A stretch of DNA of 64,000 nucleotides. Origin: Methylobacter sp. (lineage in GTDB: Bacteria > Pseudomonadota > Gammaproteobacteria > Methylococcales > Methylomonadaceae). The translations under genes and the position numbers were made by a program. Within the stretch, counting starts at the first letter, position 1. Each line of letters opens with the position of its first letter. Of the stretch, positions 18,410-29,845 are shown in pieces. The stretch lies in NCBI GenBank assembly GCA_030679035.1, contig JAUXTH010000002.1:56132-120131 (forward strand), read 5' to 3'. The notes below the pieces were generated by a model. The model did no database searches. It was not told where the DNA came from and saw only the letters and a program-made list of their open reading frames with translations.

Positions 18410-21325
18410 ATGGATAAATCAACCGATACCCACGGGCTCTTTCCTCTGGGCATTGCGACTGATGCCGATAGATTATTCCCAATCATCGGTATCGGCGCTT
18501 CGGCTGGCGGGCTTGAAGCGCTCGAACAATTTTTCAGCCACATGCCTGATAACATCGGTATCGCTTTCGTTGTCATTCAGCATCTCGCTCCCAATCACAA
18601 GGGTATGATGCCCGAATTGCTGCAACGCACGACGGCGATGACTGTGTTAGAGGCCCAAAATCGCATGTGCATAAAACCGGATTGCGTTTATGTAAACCCT
18701 CCGAATAAAGAGCTGTCCATCCTGCACGGCACACTTTATCTGTTCGAACCGGTTGCACCGCACGGATTGCGCCTGCCTATCGATGCTTTTTTCTATAGCA
18801 TGGCCGAGGACCAAGGCGATCAAAGCATCGGCATCCTGCTTTCGGGTATGGGTTCGGATGGTACGCTGGGCCTACGCGCCATTAAGGAAAAATCCGGTCT
18901 GGTACTGGTACAGGATCCCGCCGATGCTAAATACGACAGTATGCCGCGTAGCGTTATTGATGCCGGACTAGCCGACATTATCGGCACTGCGGCAGAATTG
19001 CCTCAGCACATCATTGATTATCTTCAGCATCCCTCCAGAAATATTTTTGCCGGTTTAGACTCGATATTAGAAGACAATTCGCTGAGTGCACTCGGAAAAA
19101 TTGTCGTACTGCTACGCACTCAAACAGGCAATGATTTCTCATTGTACAAGAAAAGTACGCTATATCGCCGTATTGAGCGTCGTATGGAACTGCACCAGCT
19201 CGATCATATCGCCACTTACGTTCGTTATCTTCGCGAAAATCCGCAGGAGCAAGATTTATTATTCAAGGAGCTGTTGATCGGCGCTACCGGCTTTTTTCGC
19301 GATCAGTTAGTCTGGGATTACCTAAAGACCGACGCCATACCCGCTCTGCTGACGAACTACCCGGAGGGTAAGACAATAAGAGCCTGGATACCGGCCTGTT
19401 CCACCGGCGAGGAAGCCTATACGCTGGCAATCATTTTCATCGAAGCGATCGAACAAGCCAAGCCTCGCGTCCACTATTCGCTACAGATTTTTGCTACCGA
19501 CCTCAATGCGGATGCGATAGCTCATGCACGTCAGGGATTTTACGCGGCCCATAGCGTGATTGATGTTTCACCGGAGCGTCTGGCCCGCTACTTTGATGCC
19601 GAAAACAACGGTTACCGGATAAAAAACGAACTTCGTGAAATGATCATCTTTGCGCCGCAGAACATTATTAATGAGCCGCCGTTTACCCGGCTGGATATAT
19701 TGAGTTGCCGCAACCTGCTGATTTATTTTTCCGCCGTCTTGCAGGAAAAATTGTTGCCGCTGTTTCAGTATGCGCTAAACCCGCATGGCCTGCTGTTGCT
19801 GGGGTCTGCCGAAAGCATCGGCAACTTTGGCTATCTGTTTACGCCCTTGGATCCCAAAACACGGCTCTACCAGCGTGTTGACAACCCTTTGCCGAAACCC
19901 GAAGTGGATTTTCCAAATAAAAATTTTATCACCATGCCCGCTGTCAGGCAGGTTGTTGATGACGCCGGTTTACCGGCCAATCTGCAACAACTGATGGATC
20001 ACACACTGCTTGAACAGTACGCCCCGGCAGCGGTGCTGGTTAATGCCGAGGGCGACATCCTGTATTTTAGCGGTCACACCGGCAAGTATCTGGAGCCTTC
20101 TGCCGGTAAAGTCAATATGAATATTTATGCGATGGCGCGTGAGGGTTTGCGTCAGGAGCTGACCGGTTCGATTCGTCTGGCGTTGCAGCACAATACAGCG
20201 GTACACCTGAATGGCCTGCAAATAACGGGGGAAAGCAGTACACATATTATCAATGTAACCGTACAAGCTATCGAGCAGGTAAAGGCACTACGCGGTAAGG
20301 TTATCATCGTGTTTACCGACGTTGCGACGGCGCGTATCCGCAAGCGTACCTCCAAGATCCCGCAGCCCGAGGCACTGCAACAGGCCCGGCTGGAAATACA
20401 GGCCTTGCGCGATGAAATGCAGTTTTTGCAAGAAGAACTCAAAGCCAGTCATGAAGAGCGCCAGTCTGCAAATCAGGAAATGCTTATTTCCAAGGAAGAA
20501 ATGCAATCAATGAACGAGGAAATACTGACTGTGAACGCGGAACTGCAAGCCAAACTGGATGCGTTGCTGTGGGTTAACAACGACATGCAGAATCTGCTTA
20601 ACAGCACCGAAATTGCCACAGTGTTTCTTAACAACAAATTGCATCTACGGCGTTTTACCGTTCATACCACGCAGATATTCAGACTGTTGCCGCAAGACGA
20701 AGGACGACCGTTATCCGACATCGTGACCGATCTAGACTACCCTTTGTTACAGCAGGATGCGACAGAAGTATTGCGTACGCTGGTGGTTTCGGATAAACAA
20801 ATCCAGACTCATGATGGACGCTGGTTTGATGTGCGCATCATGCCTTACCGGACGATGGATAATATAATAGACGGCGTGGTGATCACGTTTGTTGATATCA
20901 GTCTCGCCAAAAACCTTGAGCTGGCACTCAATGAACATGCGATTGTAGCGATTTCCGACCGGAAAGGCGCCATCACCTATGTGAATGACAAGTTCTGCGC
21001 CATCTCCAAATATCAGCGCGAAGAACTGCTTGGACACGATCACCGCATCATCAATTCAGGGTATCACTCCAAGGAATTCATGCATAATCTGTGGCAAACT
21101 ATTGCACACGGTCATATCTGGAAGGGAGAAATCCGTAATCGCGCCAAAGACGGTTCCCTCTATTGGGTCGATACCACCATCGTTCCTTTTCTTAACGCAA
21201 AAGGCAAACCGTATCAGTATGTCGCTATCCGTACCGTCATTACCCAGCATAAGAAGAACTCAGGATCTGTGCGACAGGAAAATTCGGACGCAGAGAGTGG
21301 TTCCAATTCCGAGATTTATTTGTAG
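18410..21325 (+). CDS. CheB methylesterase / CheR methyltransferase fusion protein with coiled coil and C-terminal PAS domains
   Basis: CheB-like [23 protein letters not shown]. CheR-like FFRD and SAM-binding [19 protein letters not shown] coiled coil ([19 protein letters not shown]..), then PAS/PAC segments. No kinase or output domain is recognisable. Confidence 0.85.
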   Translation: MDKSTDTHGLFPLGIATDADRLFPIIGIGASAGGLEALEQFFSHMPDNIGIAFVVIQHLAPNHKGMMPELLQRTTAMTVLEAQNRMCIKPDCVYVNPPNKELSILHGTLYLFEPVAPHGLRLPIDAFFYSMAEDQGDQSIGILLSGMGSDGTLGLRAIKEKSGLVLVQDPADAKYDSMPRSVIDAGLADIIGTAAELPQHIIDYLQHPSRNIFAGLDSILEDNSLSALGKIVVLLRTQTGNDFSLYKKSTLYRRIERRMELHQLDHIATYVRYLRENPQEQDLLFKELLIGATGFFRDQLVWDYLKTDAIPALLTNYPEGKTIRAWIPACSTGEEAYTLAIIFIEAIEQAKPRVHYSLQIFATDLNADAIAHARQGFYAAHSVIDVSPERLARYFDAENNGYRIKNELREMIIFAPQNIINEPPFTRLDILSCRNLLIYFSAVLQEKLLPLFQYALNPHGLLLLGSAESIGNFGYLFTPLDPKTRLYQRVDNPLPKPEVDFPNKNFITMPAVRQVVDDAGLPANLQQLMDHTLLEQYAPAAVLVNAEGDILYFSGHTGKYLEPSAGKVNMNIYAMAREGLRQELTGSIRLALQHNTAVHLNGLQITGESSTHIINVTVQAIEQVKALRGKVIIVFTDVATARIRKRTSKIPQPEALQQARLEIQALRDEMQFLQEELKASHEERQSANQEMLISKEEMQSMNEEILTVNAELQAKLDALLWVNNDMQNLLNSTEIATVFLNNKLHLRRFTVHTTQIFRLLPQDEGRPLSDIVTDLDYPLLQQDATEVLRTLVVSDKQIQTHDGRWFDVRIMPYRTMDNIIDGVVITFVDISLAKNLELALNEHAIVAISDRKGAITYVNDKFCAISKYQREELLGHDHRIINSGYHSKEFMHNLWQTIAHGHIWKGEIRNRAKDGSLYWVDTTIVPFLNAKGKPYQYVAIRTVITQHKKNSGSVRQENSDAESGSNSEIYL

Positions 21326-21456
21326 CCTCTAATACTGGGTTGTTTGTTGTAAGGAAGCATAAAGCTACATGGTAAAAGTTCATTAGCTTACGTAACATCA
21401 GTTTATAATACCTTCCAGAACTGGCGGGATATATTTACAATGTACAGAGATAACGT

Positions 21457-23673
21457 GTGACAAAAAACGAGCCATTTACCGACACCAACAGCCTGCGCCG
21501 ACGTGCCGAACAACAGCTTATCCAACAGCATTCAACCCTATCCGGCATTGAAGTGGACGCAAAAAAACTGCTGCACGAACTGCAAGTTCATCAGATCGAG
21601 CTGGAAATGCAAAATGAGGAGTTGCTTATAGCGCAGACTGAAGTGGAAGCGAGCCTGAAGCGCTACACTGAGCTCTATGATATGGCGCCGGTCGGCTATC
21701 TTACGCTGGGGCGTGATGGCGTTATCCATCAGATCAATCTCAAGGCCGCCAAGCAGTTGGGAATATTTCGTGCTCAGCTAAAACAGCAACGGTTTTCAAT
21801 TTTTATCAGTGCTGACTCCCTGCCGGTTTTCAACGATTTCCTGTCTGACGTATTTGTAGGCAAGACGGCTCATGGCTGTGAGTTGACCCTGCTTCCTGCC
21901 GACAGCAGCCCAGCCCGGATTATACAGCTCGAAGCCATTGCCAATGATGACGATCAAACCTGTCGCGCGATACTCGTCGATATAACCGAACGTAAAGGCA
22001 ATGAAGAGAAACTGAAACTCGCGAATCTGGTTTATCAGGCGATAGGCGAGGCCATCATGGTGGCAGATGCCGATAATCAGATTGTCACCGTCAATCCGGC
22101 TTTCACGGAACTGACCGGTTACACATTGCAAGAGGCCGTCGGCCAATCTACAACGCTGCTCAAGTCAGGACATCAAAATGAAGCGTTCTACCAGATTATG
22201 TGGCATGCGCTGGAAACAACTGGGCATTGGCAGGGTGAAATATGGAACCGGCGCAAGAACGGCGAAACTTACCTAGAATGGCTGACGATCAATACCGTTT
22301 ATGATGATAAAAACAACGTGCGACATCGAGTCGCGACGTTTTCGGATATCACCGATCAGAAGCATGCGGAACAGACCATCTGGCAGCAGGCCAACTTTGA
22401 CTCATTGACCGGACTGCCCAACCGTCACATGTTTTACGAGCGTCTGGCGCAGGAGATGAAGAAATCCCGACGAGTGGGCCTGCCGTTGGCATTGCTGTTT
22501 CTTGATCTTGATCATTTCAAGGATGTTAATGATACCCTGGGGCACTGCAAAGGCGATCTGCTGCTCAAGGAGATGGCGCAACGCCTGCTTAATTGCGTGC
22601 GCAGTACCGACACTGTCGCACGTCTGGGCGGCGATGAATTCACTATTATCCTGGCAGAATTACACGAGCAAGACAGTATTGAACGTCTTGCTCAGGACAT
22701 TCTGTGTCAGCTTACCAAACCGTTCGAGTTAGCGGGCGAAGTTGCGTATGTATCAGTCAGTATCGGTATCACCTTATATCCTGAAGATACCGATGACATC
22801 GATGTGCTGATAAAAAATGCCGATCAGGCCATGTATGCCGCAAAGGATCAGGGCCGTAACTGTCGCCATTATTTTACCATCTCGATGCAGGAAGCCGCGC
22901 TGACCAGAATGCGGCTGATCAATGATCTGCGCAGTGCACTGGCCGAATGCCAGTTCCGGCTGGCTTACCAGCCGATTGTGGAATTGGCCACCGGCTCCAT
23001 CCACAAGGCGGAGGCGCTTATTCGCTGGCAGCACCCGACCCGCGGGTTAATCAGTCCGGCTGAGTTTATCCCGGTCGCCGAAGCAACCGGTATGATCATT
23101 GACATCGGTGAGTGGGTATTCCGCGAGGCGGCGCAACAGACGGCTCAATGGCGTACCGAGCACCATGACGATTTCCAGGTCAGCATTAACAAATCGCCTG
23201 TGCAATTCCAAAAAGAAGGCAACGGACATCTTGCCTGGTTCGACTATTTGCGCGAACTCGGCCTGCCTGGACAAAGCATCGTCGTAGAAATTACCGAGGG
23301 ACTGTTGATGGACGCCGGTGTTTTAATTACCGGGCAACTGTTGGCCTTTCGCGATGCCGGTATTCAGGTGTCGCTGGATGATTTCGGCACAGGCTATTCT
23401 TCATTGTCTTACCTGAAAAAATTCGACATCGACTATCTGAAGATTGACCAGTCGTTCACCCGCAACCTCGGCCCCAATGCAAATGATCTTGCGCTGTGCG
23501 AAGCAATCATTGTGATGGCGCATAAATTGGGCATCAAGGTAATCGCAGAAGGCATAGAAACGCAGGAGCAGTGTGATTTACTGATGGCTGCCGGTTGCGA
23601 TTATGGACAAGGTTATCTGTTTTCGAGACCGGTGCCCGCAGATGAATTTAGCAAACTGCTGGTTGCAAACTGA
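21457..23673 (+). CDS. PAS-PAS-GGDEF-EAL c-di-GMP signalling protein
   Basis: RLGGDEFTIIL (GGDEF), EALIRWQHP, DDFGTGYSSLSYL and AEGIETQEQ (EAL). PAS segments lie N-terminal. GTG start. Confidence 0.9.
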   Translation: MTKNEPFTDTNSLRRRAEQQLIQQHSTLSGIEVDAKKLLHELQVHQIELEMQNEELLIAQTEVEASLKRYTELYDMAPVGYLTLGRDGVIHQINLKAAKQLGIFRAQLKQQRFSIFISADSLPVFNDFLSDVFVGKTAHGCELTLLPADSSPARIIQLEAIANDDDQTCRAILVDITERKGNEEKLKLANLVYQAIGEAIMVADADNQIVTVNPAFTELTGYTLQEAVGQSTTLLKSGHQNEAFYQIMWHALETTGHWQGEIWNRRKNGETYLEWLTINTVYDDKNNVRHRVATFSDITDQKHAEQTIWQQANFDSLTGLPNRHMFYERLAQEMKKSRRVGLPLALLFLDLDHFKDVNDTLGHCKGDLLLKEMAQRLLNCVRSTDTVARLGGDEFTIILAELHEQDSIERLAQDILCQLTKPFELAGEVAYVSVSIGITLYPEDTDDIDVLIKNADQAMYAAKDQGRNCRHYFTISMQEAALTRMRLINDLRSALAECQFRLAYQPIVELATGSIHKAEALIRWQHPTRGLISPAEFIPVAEATGMIIDIGEWVFREAAQQTAQWRTEHHDDFQVSINKSPVQFQKEGNGHLAWFDYLRELGLPGQSIVVEITEGLLMDAGVLITGQLLAFRDAGIQVSLDDFGTGYSSLSYLKKFDIDYLKIDQSFTRNLGPNANDLALCEAIIVMAHKLGIKVIAEGIETQEQCDLLMAAGCDYGQGYLFSRPVPADEFSKLLVAN

Positions 23674-23688
23674 GCTGTTTTTACCGGT

Positions 23689-24672
23689 CTAGATATTATT
23701 CGGAACCACTGTGGCAAACTGGCTGCCTAAAATGGAATAAGCCATCCAAGCAGCGATAACGCTGTAAACCAAACGCGGCAGCCATTCGGCCAAGGCGTCA
23801 TCTTGCAGACCGATGGTTTCCGTTTCCAGCCGGTAAAAATGCAGTATGCCGCCAGCCAGTTTGCCGCTTTGTTCGCTGCTGTTCACAATATGGCGCATCG
23901 TGGCGTTGATAACCGACACTTTCGTCAACGTGTCGCTAACACTGGCACCACTTGCACACATCGACAGCGCCGGGTTGAATTGTTCTCTTAAGCAGCCGTT
24001 CTTAATACCCGCTACCGCTTTCGGCAAGGCTTCAGCAAAAGCCAAACCGCTCTCCAACATCATCGCCAGAATAAAAAAGAATTGATTGAGCTGGCGTTTA
24101 ATAATCCACTTGGCAACGGCAGGCGTTCCCATCAGCAAACGATGCCAAGCGACTTCCAGGCCAACGCTGCGCAAAATCATAGGTACCCGAACCAATAAAA
24201 ACACGGTCAAACCAATGAAAACAAGCCGTCCCAGACTAAGCAGCAAATAATCGAACCCGGTGATTTTAGAACCGATCAGGTCGGGCAGGGGTTGAACGAA
24301 CAATGCGATAATCAATGTCAGGGCGGGGAAGTACAAGCGCGATTTTACTTTTTTAATGCGGCTGGCTAAGCCGGTGTAATAGTCGGCAAGCTGACCGTAA
24401 ACTTCCGTCAGTCGGCCGCTGGTTTCGGCGGCATGAATTAGCGTTTTATGGGTGTCATTAAAAATACCCGCCCTAAAGCCCGCCTCGGAAATCGGCCGTC
24501 CTGATTTCAATTGCTGCTGCATTTTTGCCAACGGCTTTTTTAGCTCAGGCTTCAATTTCGCTAAAACCGCGAAAGCTTGGAAAGTAGGTAGTCCGGCTGA
24601 TTCAAGGTGTTTTAGCTGGGTAAATAAAGTAGCCAGTTGTCCGGCGTTTAAAGGGGGATTTGTTTTGGACAT
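23689..24672 (-). CDS. Type II secretion system F-family (GspF/PilC-like) inner membrane protein, orphan
   Basis: Two T2SSF-like half-domains with three hydrophobic segments. No neighbouring pilus or secretion genes. Confidence 0.7.
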   Translation of the reverse strand: MSKTNPPLNAGQLATLFTQLKHLESAGLPTFQAFAVLAKLKPELKKPLAKMQQQLKSGRPISEAGFRAGIFNDTHKTLIHAAETSGRLTEVYGQLADYYTGLASRIKKVKSRLYFPALTLIIALFVQPLPDLIGSKITGFDYLLLSLGRLVFIGLTVFLLVRVPMILRSVGLEVAWHRLLMGTPAVAKWIIKRQLNQFFFILAMMLESGLAFAEALPKAVAGIKNGCLREQFNPALSMCASGASVSDTLTKVSVINATMRHIVNSSEQSGKLAGGILHFYRLETETIGLQDDALAEWLPRLVYSVIAAWMAYSILGSQFATVVPNNI

Positions 24673-24972
24673 GGGGCGTGGCTTTTAAGGTTAGAGTGAA
24701 GTATGGCGCTTGTCCATCCCAACGGTGAGATCATGTATACGCGGTAAGGTGCGAAGAGTTGTCCTGCGTAAATAGTAGCGCGGCGGGAACAGATAACGCA
24801 AAAATATTTGGCGGGGACTGGTCAGAGGAAAAATCGCTGGCAGCTTGCCGTTTTTTTGGTATAAGTTCACACAGCTTTATAGTACACGTCAACATCGGAC
24901 ATAAACAGCAAGCTCGCGATTCGGCTTTGAGCTTGCGCTTTGCCGACACCATCACACTTGCAGGGCATTAGC

Positions 24973-25761
24973 ATGACGCTATTCAAAATTATCCGCATCC
25001 TGATTTTACTGGCCGTATTTGTCGTCGTGGCCTTTTATGCAAAAAACCAAAAACTAAAATCCAGGTCGTGGACTGAGCCTGTAAGCGTGGTCATTTATCG
25101 TATCAACGGCGATAACAACAGCCCGGTCGTCAATGAATATATCAATGAACTGGATGAGGGCGTCTTTGAGCCGGTAGACCGGTTTTTGCAGCAACAAAGC
25201 GCAAAATATAAGCTGATCGCCAAGCAGCCCACCCAAATCCGCATGGGACCGGTGTTGACGGTACTGCCGCCCGAAGCCCCATTGCCCGGCGAAGGTTATG
25301 TCGCAATTATTTGGTGGGGGCTTAAGTTTCGCTACTGGACGTATAAAAATGCGGTTGATTCGGATTCCGGTATGCGCCGTATCGATGTTTTTGTACTTTA
25401 CCATGAGGCTACGAAAGACAGGAGCCTGCAACATTCATTAGGACTCGACAAAGGCTTGGCTGTCGTGGTTCATGCCTTTTCCTCTGTCGAGCAGGATCAA
25501 CAAAACAATATCGTCATTGCCCACGAATTACTGCACACAGTCGGTGCTACCGACAAGTACGCAGCCGATAACAGCGCCCTGTTTCCGATAGGCTACGCTG
25601 ACCCTGAGCAGTCGCCGCTATATCCGCAAGCCAAGGCCGAAATCATGGTAGCCCGCATTCCGCTGTCGGCAAGCACTATGCGCATGGCGGACAGTTTGGA
25701 CGAGTGTGTGATTGGGGAACAAACAGCCAGAGAAATCAATTGGCTGCAGGAAGAAAAATAG
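24973..25761 (+). CDS. Membrane-anchored hypothetical protein with an HExxH motif (putative zinc peptidase)
   Basis: N-terminal TM segment IIRILILLAVFVVVAF. VIAHELLHTVGATDKY. The start is moved to the ATG at 24973. Confidence 0.4.
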   Translation: MTLFKIIRILILLAVFVVVAFYAKNQKLKSRSWTEPVSVVIYRINGDNNSPVVNEYINELDEGVFEPVDRFLQQQSAKYKLIAKQPTQIRMGPVLTVLPPEAPLPGEGYVAIIWWGLKFRYWTYKNAVDSDSGMRRIDVFVLYHEATKDRSLQHSLGLDKGLAVVVHAFSSVEQDQQNNIVIAHELLHTVGATDKYAADNSALFPIGYADPEQSPLYPQAKAEIMVARIPLSASTMRMADSLDECVIGEQTAREINWLQEEK

Positions 25762-25765
25762 TTTG

Positions 25766-27301
25766 CTAAAACCACTCCAAGCGATACAAATCGGGGCGGC
25801 GATTTGCGAGATTTCTGGCAGCACCGCGTGTGCGAACCTGTTTTAATAAATCCAGGTTAACATCGGCGATTAGCGTCATTTCGGTATTCGGTGTCGCTTC
25901 CGCTAATATCGCATCATGCGGAAATGAAAAATCGCTGGGACTAAAAATGGCCGCCTGCGCATATTGGATGTCCATATTTTCCGCATGCGGCAAGTTCCCG
26001 ACACTGCCGGTAATCGCGACAAAACATTCGTTTTCAATGGCGCGGGCTTGAGAACAATAGCGCACCCGTTGGTAGGCGTTTTTGGTGTCGGTCCAGAACG
26101 GCACAAAAATGATTTGCGCGCCCTGGATGGTCGCTAAGCGGGCCAGTTCGGGGAATTCGGAATCGTAACAGACCAATACCGCAATCTTGCCGCAATCGGT
26201 ATCGAATACTTTTAACGCATCCCCGCCTTTAACGCCCCAGCATTTGACCTCGTCAATCGTGACATGGATTTTGTATTGCGCTTCAAAAGTGCCGTCGCGC
26301 CTGAGCAGCCACGCCACATTATAGAGTTCATGCGCACTGTATTCAGGCATGGAACCGGCAATAATATTGATGTTGTAGGACATCGCCATGTCCAATAAAC
26401 CGTTCCTGATTTCGCTGGTAAAACCCGCCAGGGCGCGAATCGCATCGGGAGGGCTTTTGTCGTTAAACAAGCCCATCAGCGGCGCACTCATGTACTCGGG
26501 AAACAGCACGAAGTCGGCATGGTAACCGGCTACCGCATCGATAAAAAACTCGGCATGCTTGAGCAACTCTTCAACGCTGGTCAGGGTGCGCATTTGCCAC
26601 TGCACAACGCCCAAGCGGATGATATTTTTGGGGCTGCCAATTGAAGGGATTTTATCGACATAATCCAGATTGACCCATTCAAGGAGGGTCGCAAAGCCTT
26701 TCGATTCGGCATCGACCGGAAGATAACCGGTTAACAGCTTGCGGACATGGAAGCCGTTAAACAGCTGGAATGAAAGCACCGGGTCGAATATCTCCCGATT
26801 TTTGACCTCTTCGATATAACGCACCGGCGTTAAGGTGTCGGCGTATTGGGCATAGCCGGGGATCCGTCCGCCGGCAATAAACCGGCGCAGGTTCAGGTTT
26901 CGGCATAACTCTTTGCGCGCATCGTACAACCTTCGGCCCAAGCGTAGTCCCCGATATTTCGGATGGACGAAAATATCGACACCGTACAAGGTGTCGCCCA
27001 GCGGGTCATGATGGGTCAGATAACCGTTACTGGTAATTTGGGCGTAGGTATGGACATCGCCAAAGCGGGCATAATCGACGACCATACTTAATGCGGCGGC
27101 GACCAGTTGGCCGTTATCCTCAATGACAATCTGACCTTGGGGGAATCGGGTGATTTGAGACGTGTACTGGTCTTTTTTCCAGGCCCCGCCCAAATTTCCG
27201 TAAACATGCTCCATTAAAACCGCAATATTATCGTAATCGTCAAGAGTCAGATGACGAAGCAGAAGCTTATGTTTTTTGATTTTGTCTTTTTTCATAGTCA
27301 C
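25766..27301 (-). CDS. Bifunctional GNAT N-acetyltransferase / carbon-nitrogen hydrolase (nitrilase-superfamily) protein
   Basis: N-terminal GNAT core (VHPKYRGLRLGRRLY). C-terminal CN-hydrolase with an E..K..C triad context (LFPEY.., VLVCYDSEFPE). Confidence 0.8.
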   Translation of the reverse strand: MTMKKDKIKKHKLLLRHLTLDDYDNIAVLMEHVYGNLGGAWKKDQYTSQITRFPQGQIVIEDNGQLVAAALSMVVDYARFGDVHTYAQITSNGYLTHHDPLGDTLYGVDIFVHPKYRGLRLGRRLYDARKELCRNLNLRRFIAGGRIPGYAQYADTLTPVRYIEEVKNREIFDPVLSFQLFNGFHVRKLLTGYLPVDAESKGFATLLEWVNLDYVDKIPSIGSPKNIIRLGVVQWQMRTLTSVEELLKHAEFFIDAVAGYHADFVLFPEYMSAPLMGLFNDKSPPDAIRALAGFTSEIRNGLLDMAMSYNINIIAGSMPEYSAHELYNVAWLLRRDGTFEAQYKIHVTIDEVKCWGVKGGDALKVFDTDCGKIAVLVCYDSEFPELARLATIQGAQIIFVPFWTDTKNAYQRVRYCSQARAIENECFVAITGSVGNLPHAENMDIQYAQAAIFSPSDFSFPHDAILAEATPNTEMTLIADVNLDLLKQVRTRGAARNLANRRPDLYRLEWF

Positions 27302-27445
27302 AAAGTATAAGCTTACTTTTTGACGGCTTTATTACAATCCGATTGTTGGAGCCAAAAGCAGGGGATTCCAGTCAACGCTTTTTCTCAGTCGATTGTCATA
27401 CGGGCGTCACAGTGAGGCGGTTTAATAGCCGACATTACCTTCGCT

Positions 27446-29845
27446 ATGAAATCAATTTTGGATATAAAAACCATGACCACCGAACTGACCCAGCTACCCC
27501 AAGAAGAAATCGACAAAATTAACGCCTACTGGCGTGCCTGCAACTATCTTGCGGCGGGCATGATTTATCTGCGCGACAATCCGTTATTGCGTGAACCATT
27601 AAAAATGGAGCATGTGAAGAGTCGCCTGCTGGGCCATTGGGGTTCAAGCCCCGGTCTGTCTTTCACTTATATCCACCTCAACCGGCTGATCAACAAATAC
27701 GATTTGAGCGCTATTTTTATGGCGGGTCCTGGGCACGGCGCACCGGGCGTACTAGGGCCGGTTTATCTGGAGGGCGCTTACAGCGAAACCTACCCGAACA
27801 AGAGCGAAGATGAACACGGCATGCGCCAGTTCTTTAAGGAATTCTCCTTTCCGGGCGGCATCGGCAGCCATTGCACACCGGAAACACCGGGCTCGATTCA
27901 TGAAGGCGGCGAACTCGGCTACAGCGTTTCGCATGCGTTCGGCGCTGCTTATGATAATCCGGATTTGATCGTTGCGGTGGCGGTAGGGGACGGCGAATCG
28001 GAAACCGCGCCGCTGGCCACTTCCTGGCATTCCAACAAATTCCTCAACCCGATTCGCGATGGCGCCGTGCTGCCCATCCTGCATCTTAACGGCTACAAGA
28101 TCAATAACCCGACCATCCTGTCGCGTATCTCGCACGAAGAATTGGAAAGCCTGTTCAAAGGCTACGGCTGGGCGCCTTATTTCGTTGAGGGCAGTGACCC
28201 GGAAACCATGCACCAAGCTATGGCGGCCGCTATGGAGCAGTGCGTACTTGAAATCCGCCGCATTCAACAGGAAGCGCGCAGCAGCGGCTTACCTGTTCGC
28301 CCTCGCTGGCCGATGATCGTGTTGCGCAGCCCGAAAGGTTGGACCGGGCCGAAAGAAGTTGACGGCAAGAAAGTGGAAGGCTTCTGGCGCGCTCACCAAG
28401 TGCCTCTTGGTAACGTGCGCGACACGCCTGAGCATTTCAAGCAGCTGGAAGACTGGCTGCGCAGCTACAAGCCGGAAGAACTGTTCGACCAGGACGGTCG
28501 CTTGTTACCCGAACTCAAAGCGCTTGCACCCAAGGGCGCGCGGCGCATGAGCGTCAACCCGCACGCCAACGGCGGCCTGTTGCGCAAAGCCCTGCATATG
28601 CCGGACTGCCGCGAATATGCTGCGGTGGTGACCAAGCCGGGAACCACCAGCGCCGAAAACACGCGTCCTTTGGGCAAGTTCCTGCGCGACATCATGCGTC
28701 TGAATATGAATAATTTCCGCGTGTTCGGCCCCGACGAAAACAGCTCGAACAAGCTTGACGATGTCTATGAGGTCAGCAAAAAAACCTGGCTGGCCGATTA
28801 TCTTCCCGAAGACGCCGATGGCGGCGAACTGTCGCCGGACGGCCGGGTCATGGAAATGCTGTCCGAGCACACCCTGGAAGGTTGGCTGGAAGGCTATCTG
28901 CTGACCGGTCGCCACGGTTTTTTCTCCACCTACGAAGCCTTTGTGCATGTGATCGATTCGATGTTCAATCAACATGCCAAATGGCTGGCCATGTCCAAGG
29001 AAGTCCCTTGGCGCGCGCCGGTGTCGTCGCTGAACCTGCTGATTACCTCGACCGTATGGCGTCAGGATCACAACGGCTTTACGCACCAGGATCCCGGCTT
29101 TCTCGACGTGGTGGTCAACAAAAGCCCGGAGGTAACGCGCATCTACCTGCCGCCCGACGTAAACTGCCTGCTGACAGTTACCGACCATTGCTTAAAGAGC
29201 ACCAATTACATCAACGTGATCGTCTGCGACAAGCAGAAGCATCTGCAATTTCTGGACATGGATGCGGCGATCAAGCATTGCACCAAAGGCATCGGCATCT
29301 GGGATTGGGCTAGCAACGATCAAGGCGTCGAGCCGGATTTGGTGATAGCCAGCGCCGGCGATATACCGACCAAGGAAGCGCTGGCTGCGGTGGTGTTGCT
29401 GCGCGAGAATTTCCCCGAACTGATGATTCGCTTCATTAACGTGGTCGACCTGTACAAGCTGACGCCCGAAGCGGAGCACCCGCACGGTTTATCGGACAAG
29501 GATTTCGACAGCCTGTTCACGCTGGACAAACCCATCCTGTTCAACTTCCACGGTTATCCGTGGCTGATTCATCGTCTGGCTTATCGTCGCAATAATCACA
29601 AGAATCTGCATGTGCGCGGCTACAAGGAAAAAGGCAGTATCAATACCCCGCTGGAACTCGCGATCCAGAACGAGATCGACCGTTTCAGCCTGGTAATAGA
29701 TGCCATCAACCGCATCCCGGCTTTGCGTGTGGCGGGCGCGCATGTAAAAGAAAACATGCGCGACAAGCAGATCGAATGCCGCAACTACGCTTATGAACAC
29801 GGCATTGATTTGCCTGAAGTCGACAACTGGGTGTGGCCTTATTGA
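27446..29845 (+). CDS. xfp: Phosphoketolase (xylulose-5-P / fructose-6-P)
   Basis: Strong family similarity ([30 protein letters not shown]-binding GDGE). The alternative start is the ATG at 27473. Confidence 0.92.
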   Translation: MKSILDIKTMTTELTQLPQEEIDKINAYWRACNYLAAGMIYLRDNPLLREPLKMEHVKSRLLGHWGSSPGLSFTYIHLNRLINKYDLSAIFMAGPGHGAPGVLGPVYLEGAYSETYPNKSEDEHGMRQFFKEFSFPGGIGSHCTPETPGSIHEGGELGYSVSHAFGAAYDNPDLIVAVAVGDGESETAPLATSWHSNKFLNPIRDGAVLPILHLNGYKINNPTILSRISHEELESLFKGYGWAPYFVEGSDPETMHQAMAAAMEQCVLEIRRIQQEARSSGLPVRPRWPMIVLRSPKGWTGPKEVDGKKVEGFWRAHQVPLGNVRDTPEHFKQLEDWLRSYKPEELFDQDGRLLPELKALAPKGARRMSVNPHANGGLLRKALHMPDCREYAAVVTKPGTTSAENTRPLGKFLRDIMRLNMNNFRVFGPDENSSNKLDDVYEVSKKTWLADYLPEDADGGELSPDGRVMEMLSEHTLEGWLEGYLLTGRHGFFSTYEAFVHVIDSMFNQHAKWLAMSKEVPWRAPVSSLNLLITSTVWRQDHNGFTHQDPGFLDVVVNKSPEVTRIYLPPDVNCLLTVTDHCLKSTNYINVIVCDKQKHLQFLDMDAAIKHCTKGIGIWDWASNDQGVEPDLVIASAGDIPTKEALAAVVLLRENFPELMIRFINVVDLYKLTPEAEHPHGLSDKDFDSLFTLDKPILFNFHGYPWLIHRLAYRRNNHKNLHVRGYKEKGSINTPLELAIQNEIDRFSLVIDAINRIPALRVAGAHVKENMRDKQIECRNYAYEHGIDLPEVDNWVWPY

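Noticed and set aside
27752-29800. Long antisense ORFs inside xfp (for example 28505..29188, 27752..28267 and 29489..29800).
   Set aside because: They are shadow ORFs opposite a strongly supported, GC-rich phosphoketolase gene. Their Arg/Ala/Gly-rich composition is typical of antisense frames.
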